A stretch of 62,284 bases of DNA, the filler included. It is 12 parts of 12 records of this genome, joined end to end, with 100 filler letters (N's around TTAATTAATTAA, not from the genome) between each part and the next. Parts side by side here need not be neighbours in the genome. Positions count along the whole stretch, not along the records: positions 34,839 to 41,058 come from SRR15195285_3848; positions 41,159 to 45,460 come from SRR15195285_3850; positions 45,561 to 50,827 come from SRR15195285_3851; 9 more parts are not named here. One strand, written 5' to 3'. The position numbers were made by a program, and so were the translations under genes. Positions 35,268 through 46,235 of the stretch are shown here, one piece after another. Position 1 is the first letter of the stretch. Each line of letters begins with the position of its first letter. The notes under the pieces are model-generated. The model worked only from the letters and a program-made list of their open reading frames with translations, was not told where the DNA came from and did no database searches.

Positions 35268-38200
35268 CTAATCACCATTGTAGTCGCTGTCGCTATCAGA
35301 CTCGTCGTCGTCGCCACTACTCTCCTCGTACTTTTCAGGGTGAGCCTTCCTGTCTGCATACCCACGCCACACCTTGTGCCAGTCTTTCCTGAACTCCTCA
35401 CTCTCGGCCCACTCGTGTATTCTGTGACCCCACTTCTCACGGACCTCCCTCTCGAAAGCGTCGTCCGCCCAGGCCTTGAGCTGCTCGTCACCAACCGGTT
35501 GAGTGGTGGTCTGAAAGGTCAGAAGCGAATTTGCGTTGCAACCAATTTGCTGCTCTTGATCAGCAGCCTGTGTGAGCAACGCCTTAGCTTTGCCTGGGTC
35601 ATCGTCGTTGTAGCATGCCATGACACTGTAGACTTGCAACCCAGTCACATTGCGTTGCGCAAGCGAGCGCACCAACCCGAAATCTTCTCCATAAGAGCCC
35701 GCCTGCACCAGCAAGTTGAACGTCTGCTGCTCTGCTTGTTTACTAACCCTTGCGGATGGTAGTGGGTCGTCGCCAAACGATGCACCTGCCTTTTTGGGGG
35801 CGATCTCGTGGATTTTACAGGCCATCTTGAAATACTTCTGCTCTGCCTTGCTCATCCCGAGGCCACCTTCTGCCAGAGGCTTTTTGTAGGAGAACAGGTC
35901 GCGGTCGGCCATCGGATGAACACCCTTGACCGCGTCCAGATTGAATAGTACAACCTGAGCATCATGCAATATCGAGGCAATGGACGAGGTGAGCAGTACT
36001 GGCCATGACCGATTCACGAGTGGTAGTATATGCAAACAGCAACCTCACACTGTCTCGGGCGGTCGAAAGTTTGTAAGTTGTCGGCACAATCTGCTCTAGT
36101 CTGAGCGCATTAACGACAAAACTGCCGTTAGTACCACAGCAACAGTGTTGTTTCACGCCAGATGGCACAACACACCTTCTCTTGTTTTCCTGTTGTGTGC
36201 CGCTGGCAGCACGCATCATCGCCACCTGGCCTATTTGGTCGCTGTATGCGGTGTAGGGGCGCGCATGCAGTGCGCCCATGAAGAAATCGATGGCTGCAGT
36301 CGACAAGCGCGATTATTGGGTAAGCAGCAGTACAACTGGACCGGTGTACATGCATGCGAGGTCTCACCGTCGCCCGTCTTGCGTTCGTTTCCTGCTTCTA
36401 CGCAAGCCATTGACAACTCTGCAATGAATTCGGTAGGATCCCTGGCAATTTTTTCCCGCGTTTCCCTATCGGCAAGGCGATCACGGACTTTGTCAACGAA
36501 GGCATCAGCATCGCTGTCCAACTGCGTTTGCTCTTGCTCTCTGTCTTTCTCTTGTTCGTTGAACATTTTGAGTTCGTTTGGAAAGACATCTTGGACATAC
36601 TTCATATACTGCGCCTCTCCCAAGCGCGCAAGATTCAGTTCTGGCTTTGGCCCCAGCGGTGGTAGCTGACGCGTCGCAAGTTCCTTGAGCTTCTTCCTGA
36701 AGTCGCTAGTTTTAAGCTTCTCTAGCTCCATCGCACGAATTTTGACCAGGTTGACCTCGAAAAACGCGTCCATGCTTTCATCGTCTTCGCGTGGCACCTT
36801 TCTCAGGATTGCAGGCTCGAACTCACGCGATCGCAGCTCCGGGTGATCATCTGGATCGATGTCGGCTGTTGCCGGGTAGACTTGCCGCCGTAGTACCATT
36901 TGTAGATTGATCAAGCCGCGTGAGAGCTTCGAAGGCACAATCTCTTTGACACCCCTGGTAAAGTCGTACTCTACAATCTCTTTCCCAATTTTGAGGTCGT
37001 CATCGAGCTGAAAGTATCGCATCAGACCCCAGTGCTCGGCTAGCAGCATGATTATCTTTCGAATCCTGCCGATCCCGAGCAAGCGCTCGTGAGGCTCGCC
37101 AGGAATCGTGATGAACTGCATCCTCTTCTTGCACGTGTCCTTGCACACTTCGGTACAATTGCGTTCCTCCCAGCCCATGTTCCGGTGAGTTTTGTACATA
37201 CCCAGTTCTTGCTTCTCGACAACAACAAATGCGAAGTACTGCAGTTTGTTCTTCTCGTCCTCTTTGAAAAGACTTTCAACTGCCATGTTGCACTGCTGAT
37301 GCCCTGGAAACACGTACTTGTCTTCTTCTCCAAGGCCAAGCGTGACAGACCTGTCCTTGGACGGAATGAACATAGGATATATGCCTCGCATCGTCGGCTC
37401 TGAAGCTGCCGTGATGCATTCTTTCACAGCTGCTTTGATCTTGTCTTTCGTGAACTGCGTATACTTCAGAGTCACGGTACCTCCGCAGTCGTGTGCGTCG
37501 TCGGCACTGAGTATTATATCCACTGGGTCATCAATATCTCCGTCACCTAGTGTCGGTTCAATGATTTCCTCTTGAAGCGAGAGTTTGGAGATCTTTCCAC
37601 AATATTTGGCAAGCGCCGAGGCTGCCGGCGACTCTCTTTTTTTGTTCTTCACTTGTCCCGACTTCGCGAGAAGCTTCTTGTTGAAGCACTGCTGCAGATC
37701 AAACGTCTCGTCGTCATCTGACAGTCGTGCGCGGCCCTCTGGAAACTGTAGAGATTGTCTATGGATAAACAGCCTGTGCGTGTTGTCCACCTTCGCTATT
37801 TCTTGTGGCTCTGCGCTTAGCCCTGGATGTGCTGTATGCGCACTGCCATCCAGTTTTGGTGCCGCCTTCGCAGTCTTAAGCAGATCGACCAGTGCCGGCG
37901 TCTTCAAAAATCCGGCAAGCTTGGAGAGAGTCTGCCTAGATTTCCACTTCTGCTTTTTAGCTGGGGTCTTTTTACACTTTTTGGCCCCGCCTTGCGTATC
38001 GTCCTCTAAATCTGAATCTTCTTCGTCTTCTGCGATCCCGAACGGGATGTCCATCGGGTCCAACTGATCGCAGGTCATCTTGAACGCATTTGTGATGCCA
38101 TCGATCAGTGTGTTCAGGTCCTGTGGAAGCTGGTCGTGGATGATGTACTGGTGCACGAAATGGTGGCCGTAGGTCTGCATCTGACGAATGCATTTCATCT

Positions 38201-40439
38201 GCGCTGGCAAGAGTTTCATGTTACCCGCTGGCAGAAGCGTGTAGTCGTTGAACCGTGGAGTCCCGTCACGATCTTCCATTAGAAAGGAGATGTTCCTGAT
38301 GTAGTCTGTCATTATCTCTGCCGCTCGTTGCAACTGGTCCGGGTCCTCCGCCTGTCTGCTCTTTTTGATGAACGCTTGGAAGACTTTCTTCTGGTCGAGC
38401 GATCGACAGCAGACCTCGAGTTTCAGCACGGCGAAGTTGTTCCAGTACTCCTGAACTCGACGGTTGACAGCTGCAACGGATGCATCAATCACGGGCTTGT
38501 GGAGAAGCTTGAGGACTTCATCAGTCTTGTTCTCGCTATCTCTGCTGGCCTTACTCGCCAAGTCGAATTCGCCCTCAAGGTCCTCAACCAGTTTTCGAGC
38601 CAACTTCTCCTTCAACTCGTCAGACTTCAGACCCACTAATATGTCCATAGGCAGTGCCCTGTAGCCTACGACCTTTTGCTTCTCTCTGAGCCACGGTATG
38701 ATTTCTCTGGTCTTGTCGCAGCGTAGTCCAACTGGATGAAACCGCTCATCGGAGTGCCTGTTGCCAGGGTTTTCCTGATACTTGTCCTTTGGATGAAGGA
38801 ATCCAAACTTCATGGCTTGTTTTTTTTTGTAGGAGCCATCAGTGTATTTTTGCAATTCCTCTGTAGCGTTCTTCATGGCTACCTGTTCGTTTTTCTGGAC
38901 CCCCTGGTCTGTACTCAGAATTCGGTTTGTTACCCCTGAACGCACCGTCTCAGCGGACTGAGCCCAATCTCGCTGACGAAGCTCGAGTAGGTAATCTTGT
39001 TTTTCTTGAACCATTCGTGCGAAGCCAGCCAACACAGAATCCCAATGCTTGGTGTCGAACACGAATGTGTCAATGGTGCGCAGCATGTGCTCAGAAATCT
39101 CTTTGGGTGTCAACTTCCACTCTGCTGTCTTTGTGGCAATCTGATCCATGGCTACACGGTCGATTTTGTCCTTGTCCAGCTTTACTTCACCGGATCCTGT
39201 GCGCGGATCCTCGAGTATCACATTCAGCCCCTTCGAGAATACCTCGTAAGCATTGGATAGCGGCGATTCCCCGACTCCAGAACTGTCTTTCGATAGCAAC
39301 GTGTAGGCTTCAAAGGCTTGTGTTTCATCACCCTTTGGATTTGCGCAGAAGACGAGGCTCGGGAGCTCCTCCTCCTTCTCCACCGTACCAAGCCACGCGG
39401 ACTCACGCAACGGTTCCAGAAAATTCTCTTTCAAGAGCAATCTTGAATCAATCGGTAGACCGACCAGAATGATGTCAACGAAGCTAAGTGCTAGACGCAG
39501 TCGGTCCCAGACTTTCGGGTCGCTGGATGTTTCCATGCCTGGCACCTCGATGAACGAAAACTGCGCCGGGTTGTGCTCTCCGCCCATCTCTCGTTTTGTG
39601 CGGTCATCGTCGACTGTTCCGTCGCGTTTACGGCACGTGAACGTTTCGAAGTCGTTGGTATGCATTGCGGCAACGGCATCGATTTGGAGCCGTTTGAAGG
39701 GGAAGCGCACAACGTACATGCCCACCTCCACCTCTTCCAACTCCTTCGTGGTCAGCGCGACGATGTGCTTGCATACCTTCTTTTCCGAGGCCTTGCTGTC
39801 TAGAGCTTCGTAGAACTGCTTGTTGTCCACAAGAGTTCCGTCTATCGCGATCGCATAAACGCCGATTTCGTTGGGGATTTTCAGTCCTGGTCTTACCTTG
39901 ACGTCAACAAGCTCGGCCTGATCAGACAAGAAAGCGACTGGAATGGTGGTCACACCCGAACCCAACTTGTTTGAGTGTCCACACGGGCCGGAATCCTGGT
40001 CCCCAGCGAGAAGCATATTGCCCAGAAATGACTTGCCGTAGCCAGGGTCACACAAGAAACCGACGGTTGGCACCGGTGGCGTCCGGTCCTCTAGCTCTTT
40101 GATCAATTCGCGAAGGTCCCGCATCCACTGCGGCTCGGCGTCTTTGTTCTTGTTTTTCAAGAGGTCCAGGGCCTGTTTCGACTCCTTGATGACACGGTCA
40201 ATGCATTCTCGCAGGTCTGTGTCACCGCTGGTGTATTTGGGGGTAGTGACTGCCTCCGCGCCCACACCGTCGCTAGCGGTGATGGAGGTAGACCTCGGGG
40301 TGACAGCGGCAGCAGCGGCGGCGGCGCTCGGGCTATCGGGTTTCTTGCGCTTCAAGTTCGCAGCGTCGGTGGTACCTCTTTGCTTCTTCGGCGCGGCAGC
40401 AGCTGCCTCAGAACGACCCCTCTTTTGTTTGTTCGGCAT
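35268..40439 (-). CDS. Large (~1670 aa) probably nuclear protein: degenerate dynamin-like P-loop GTPase + helical region + GREB1/TAGT-like GT-A glycosyltransferase; exons 40439-36368, 36293-36049, 35954-35268
   Basis: NLS-like KQKRGR, PKKQR and KRKK. P-loop VGFLCDPGYGKS, G2-like GVTTIP, G3-like IEVPG. GT motifs YPMFIPSKDR, FVVVEKQELGMY, GIGRIRKII, FQLDDDL, VVLFNLD, GEDFGL. Two phase-compatible GT..AG introns. Confidence 0.68.
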
Positions 40440-40743
40440 GGAGCCTGATGTGCCAGCACGCGACTCAGGTCGTCAGTCTCAGAGCTGCTAAGCCCCGCGC
40501 CGCCTGCATGGGTGGAGCGTGCAAGCTGGGTAAGTAACAGATAAGATGCACGGAGCAAATTGAGCACAGATCGTAGGACGTTGGTGGCACCTGCTCGTAG
40601 CTTCCGTCTGGTGGCCTTACGTATGCCGTTCAGTACGTGCGCCCACCCGCCCGCGGCGCCGGGTGCGCGGGACTGAGCAACACACGCGCCAGCATCGCAC
40701 CCGCCGTGCGCGCGCGGCACTGAGCAACACCGGGACGCAGGCA

Positions 40744-40947
40744 GGAAGCAGGAAGCAGGAACGTCTACAAGTTATACAGCTGTACATCCATTAACCCCGG
40801 ATACTATCACGTATCAGTCTGTACCAGTACAGCTGTACTATACGGTACTGGTACTCAGAGATCTAGTACAGTACCTGGTACAGTACTAGCTAGTAGAGAA
40901 CCTGCCGGGAAGCCAGCTCGACGAGGAAATTCCTGCTTCCTGCTTCC
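40744..40947. repeat. 18-bp perfect inverted repeat (GGAAGCAGGAAGCAGGAA / TTCCTGCTTCCTGCTTCC) bracketing a ~170-bp GTAC/CTAG-rich core
   Basis: Arms at 40744-40761 and 40930-40947. Confidence 0.8.
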
Positions 40948-41058
40948 GCGCTCGCGCATCGCACGCACATTCATTACGGTACTGTACTATGAATAGTATG
41001 GAATTTCCTCAGCCTGAATTCATTGTTATCTATTAAACCCAAACAGTCACTACGCCCC

Positions 41059-41158
41059 NNNNNNNNNNNNNNNNNNNNNNNNNNNNNNNNNNNNNNNNNN
41101 NNTTAATTAATTAANNNNNNNNNNNNNNNNNNNNNNNNNNNNNNNNNNNNNNNNNNNN
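41059..41158. other. Artificial contig spacer 7
   Basis: N44-TTAATTAATTAA-N44. Confidence 0.99.
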
Positions 41159-41662
41159 ACAGTAAAACTCGTGTTCATTTCTCTGTATTTGTACTACGGG
41201 CGTCCCGGCCATGTTTCAAGACATGTTGTAATTATGAGTTTGTACTCTTTGATCTCTCTCACGCAGAATTCGGCATAAATTGAATTTGAATACGTAATCA
41301 ATCAATCTGCACATCCCATGTTGTACGAGTACTAGTCGGATCCTACTCGCTACTGTGCTCTCTAGTACTGTCTAGAGTGAACGTGAATGTATCTAGAGCG
41401 TTAATGTCTCTGGCGGTGGCTGTGATATTGGGACGCAATCGAAGGCTGAGCAATCGTGTGGTCATCGCAATAAAGTTAGGAGACTGCACGCAAGCCTGGA
41501 ATGAACGCGTTTGCAATCGCACGAAGTTGGCAAGCTGCTTCACTCGCCTACTCGTACTCTCAGCGCACGATTGCATCGAAATGCTAGTTGTAGTAGCGTT
41601 TGTTGCCAAAGTATGTCATTCTTCTGATTACGACCAGGCATGCTCTTCTGAGCATATAGCTT

Positions 41663-44600
41663 TTATGCAGTGCCAATGGTCGCCGAGTAAGGATTGCCGG
41701 AGTTGGCGCTGACCGGAAGATCGAGCAGCTCTCGGGCCCACATGATAATCTCGTCATCAGATGGCAACTCGTGCGCAGCTGAACCTGTGTCGATCCCCTG
41801 GGCCTGGCGCTGTTTGAGTGTCTGCCCGCAGGTAGAGGGGAATTCACCACCCTGCAGACGATCCACAAGCCGTATTGTCGATAGTTCTGTGAGGATTGTA
41901 TGTGATGTGGACTACAAACAGAACGACACAAGACCAATGCAGCAACCACAATGAACATTACCTGGACATAGATTTGGTTGTCGTGCATCTCTGGGCATGT
42001 GCCGGTAGTGTTGCACTTGCAGTCATAATTGGCGTAATGGCCCTCGCCGAGCAGCACAATCTTGTTCGAGAAGAACTTGTCCGCGTGGCCCGGAAGAGCA
42101 CCACAAATGCCCATTCCACTACCGATATACCCGTATAAATTGTGATGATGGTGATTGTCGTGTCCGTTGAAGTCGTTCTTCCCACAACAGGCACAATGCT
42201 ATTAGGATTGGTGCATCGCGCTCCTGCACTTTTGCTCTTACGGCATGGGTCACTTACCTTCATTCCAGTTCCCGCGTATGCAAAGTAATTATGGTGAGTA
42301 TTGTAGTAGGCGCTGCCATCATCGTTGTCGACAGCTGAATAGTAAAGAAGCAATATAGGCACAGTGCAATCAGGCCCGGTGCAGCACGCCCCTACGAGCT
42401 CTCATGGCACCGACGCTTACCTTCTTGGCCGTAGTAGTTTCCAATCTGCAATGCGAGTGCAACGGATGTCATGGACCATAATAGTAGCTGTTCCAGCTGA
42501 CCAAACGATACATTGGCAATGCTATGGCGTCCGCACGAAGAAGTTGCCCTTGATCTCATCGTACTTTTTGATGATGGTCTTGGTTGGCACACCAGACGAG
42601 TCATCCATCCATTCCCAGACCTGGCGGTCCCATGACTGTCATGTTGTATTGTGAGCACAGACGAGTAGGAGTCAGTGGCGGTCAATAAGTACAGCTACAG
42701 CACTTTCACCCGTGTTGCAACTTCGCTTGCGTGGGGCGTGTAAGGGAATGACGACGTGTGGGCGTGTACGTTGAATGGACCATGATCACCTGCGATCAAT
42801 CACGCCCATAAGCGCACTGGCCCAAGATGTTTGCGCATGGTGGAGAAGGCAGTAGAGAGGCGCACCAGACTCCATCACTGTCGCAACCATAAAGTTTCCT
42901 TCTACAGTCGATCCCCCTCCAAAACCATCCTGCCGCAGCAGACACGAGTCGTGACGTGTTTGAAGTCGGACGAAGCAACCAAAACATAAACAGCAAAGTA
43001 TTTTGTAGCCGGAGCGTTTAGAGAGGAAGGAAGATAATGAAGTTCGAAACATTTCCCGTATTTTACGTTGAAATTCACTGAATTCATCGGCCACATGAGA
43101 CCACACTGGGTATCAGATTCACAGACGTTGATATTCGAATGTTCGAAAGGGTGAAAGCTTACTGCCGGCCCTCGGACCATGGAAGAAAATGTTGTCTTTG
43201 ATCGTGTTGCTGTGGCTTTTTGCTTGAAAGTAGAACGACGACTGCTTCTCGAAAAGCCCGCAGCGGTAGGCGAAGTTCGACTTGATGATCGTGCCGACAG
43301 GCTGGTTGCCTGCCGTACCATCGGGACCCATACCCCAAGCAACATCTCCCGCGCCGGTCGTCTCGCCAAGCTGCGCAATGATATTATCGCCAATCTCGTG
43401 AAAGTTGGAGTTTTGAATAGTGGTGCCACGAGCGTACCCGTTGATCATGATCGCGTTGCCGTCCAGTCTCTGGAAGGCGCAGCTGTCGATCACCGTACCG
43501 ACAGCTCCCTTGATAAAGACTGCAGCGATTCGTCCCAAGCCCCTGCGAACACATGAACCGACCCATCAGCACTGCAACTGGTGTGCTGATAAAGGGTGCG
43601 CACCAGTCGCCTCCGCTGGGCATCGAATGAGCGTCGAGGTAGCTGATAGCAGTGTCGCGCATGCCGATGCCGAGCAACCGCACGTTGCGCACCGGCTCCT
43701 CCTGTGTGCCAACGACCGAGAGGAAGGTTTTGTGCAAAGTCATCTCGACATCGCCCACTGGCGCGCCGGAGGACGAGTAGTAGTAGAGTGTGTTGGTGCT
43801 CTCGTCGAAGAAAAATTCGTTGTCCTGCGCAACACCCGGACAGCTGTCAGTCAAAACGCCGTTGCCTGCCACCACCTAGCTCATGCTTGAACCTTACCGC
43901 GTCAAGTTCTTCAAAAATGTTCTCTACAAAAAAAGAATCAGCCATGCGCCCAGTGCTTGCAGGCGTGCCAGAGTTCCCGTAGCTCCCACGGGCACCTTGA
44001 AAGCCACCCTTACCAAAAGCAATGGTAGTCTTCCCATCAGTGGTCGCCTTGTCGTTTTTCTCGACGAAATCGAACATCCAGCTCGCCCAGTGGCCTGGGT
44101 GCCATACCTGGGCGATGCCTGTCAAAGGGTTCTTGTAGGGGGAGTTGGGCAGGATTGTTTCATTGAAGAGAAATCCGCGTGGCCAGCGTGCAATGCAGCC
44201 AGGTGGCTTCGGTGCACCACCCATGCAGCCATTCCCGCACCAGTACCCAGCGGGTGGCGTGAACCCGACTCCACCGTTCATCGGATCGTTGCCACAGCTT
44301 CCACCGATACCCAGTTGGAACGTTTGAAAGCTCTCACCCGTTTTCCGCGAAGGCTCGGGCGGGTTGACCTCGGTCCAGTTTTTCTGGTGCATAGTTGGCG
44401 CCGTTGGCTTGATCCAACCCTGCGTGTCGGTCGAGTCGTCTGAGAGCACCAAGTTCGAACCAAACCCATCATTCGGGTCGACAACCTTGGACCCATTCTG
44501 AAAACCCTGGCACAGGTAGTTGGACGGAAGTGGCTTGCACGAATCTCCCGAGCAAGGTGTGCAACCGTTTGGGTACCGGGCGCGGACTGCGCGTGCCTGA

Positions 44601-45298
44601 CCGATGCGGAGCCCCTCAATCTTCGTGACGCCTTGACCAGAGAGGTCAGCTTTCCACACCGATTTCGCATCGAAGCCAACCTGCCCGAAGCGTGGGTGAT
44701 CAGCGCCACCTGCAGTCCATTGTGTCTTCAGCTTTTTTGCCCCGGAAAGCCATGCCTGTTCGCCGTTGTAGTTCTGGATTGTGAGGCCCGAGTCAGCCGT
44801 GGTAAGGTTCAGGGCGTCCTCGCCGTAGTACACACCCTTGCGAAGAACGATGCTTTTGCCACTGCCCTTTGCCTTGCGCGTGGCTGCCAGGGCTGCGCCG
44901 ATGGTTTCGAACGGCGCTGCCAGCGTCCCAGGGTTGCTGTCCTTTCCGTTCAGTGAGTCCGCGTAGAACACGGCGCCGCCCGTTGCGATCGGGAACATGG
45001 GTGCGAAGACCTGGTCTGGCCCGTCATAGGTCACGTTGAAGCATTGCGCGGGTCCACCTGGGGTGCCGCCGTGCATGTCGAGCACCTCTGCCAGGTACCG
45101 GAAGTCGGCAGCTGAGCGAAACGGCTGGATCTTGCGCGCGTACTCCAAGGCCAGGTGGCGCGTCTTGCAGTCGAACCCGGCGGGTGCGAGCGTGGGGTTG
45201 CCGCCAGGCTTCAAGTTGCCCACGTGGCCGGCAGCGTGAGCGGCACACAGGGTCGAGAGGAGCGAGATGGCCAGCGAAACATGGGCTTGTAGCAGCAT
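41663..45298 (-). CDS. Secreted right-handed parallel beta-helix protein (GH141-like / pectin-lyase fold), many short introns including micro-exons
   Basis: Signal peptide MLLQAHVSLAISLLSTLCAAHA. Motifs NGKDSNPGTLAAPFETI, IVLRKGVYY, RAVRARYPN, FGKGGFQGARG, FVENIFEELD, HGPRAG-MNFN-DGFGGG, GDHGPFN-SWDRQ, VDNDDGSAYY. Confidence 0.8.
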
Positions 45299-45460
45299 CG
45301 TTGGCGCGAGGACCGTAGTGCGTACCGACAGCGGCTGGTACGTACCAGGAGGCGGGTCCGGAGCTGAAGCACACGCGCGACTGGTGTGCAGTCGCGGCGC
45401 AGACCGTACCCGCCGCCAGGGCGCCCCAGAAACGATCCGGCCTACGCATGCATGTACCCA

Positions 45461-45560
45461 NNNNNNNNNNNNNNNNNNNNNNNNNNNNNNNNNNNNNNNN
45501 NNNNTTAATTAATTAANNNNNNNNNNNNNNNNNNNNNNNNNNNNNNNNNNNNNNNNNNNN
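45461..45560. other. Artificial contig spacer 8
   Basis: N44-TTAATTAATTAA-N44. Confidence 0.99.
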
Positions 45561-46235
45561 GCAGGGGTAGGGGCTGCGCACGGAGAGGCCTGATTTGCCT
45601 CTGTAGAGGCAGAATCTGACCAGGTGACCTTTATTTATAAACGGTACCTTGCGTTGCGCAGAGCCTGTATCACGTAATTCTCAATTAGTCCACGTCCGGA
45701 GCGACATCGCACATGGTCAATCTGACATTGCAAAATTGGTCTAAACACCCAGTCGTCTAAACGGTTGGGAAGTGTGGCGGCGTCCTACACAGGCTACGCT
45801 AATTGAGCGAACGACTCTGGAGCAACTAGGCGAAGGTCCGTTCCCCATTCCCCAGAGTCCCCCTCGGTAGCGCGCAGATCGCGGCGCTGAGTGTCTGCAG
45901 AGCTGGGCCTTCGGTGGCAATCGGTGTGGTGTCTTCACAGTGATCATGAAGCGAACTCGCGATAAAGGGCAATTGCCCCTTGAAAATGCGAAGGTCCTGC
46001 TTGACTCGACGCGGGGACGCTGCAGGAAGTCCTTTGTTTGAGTGCGCGCGCGTTACGATGCTTAAAACACAGGGAGCTCCATTTTTATAGTCTCAATTCC
46101 GCGCACAGCAGGCCTAGGTCCTGCCCCCCACCCACCCTGCCAACGCCGGCTGGCCCTTGGCGTGCCATCTGGGCGTATGGCTTTTTCATCATCGCGCCTT
46201 GTTCGTTCGCCCTTTTGCTTCTCGATCGACTACGA

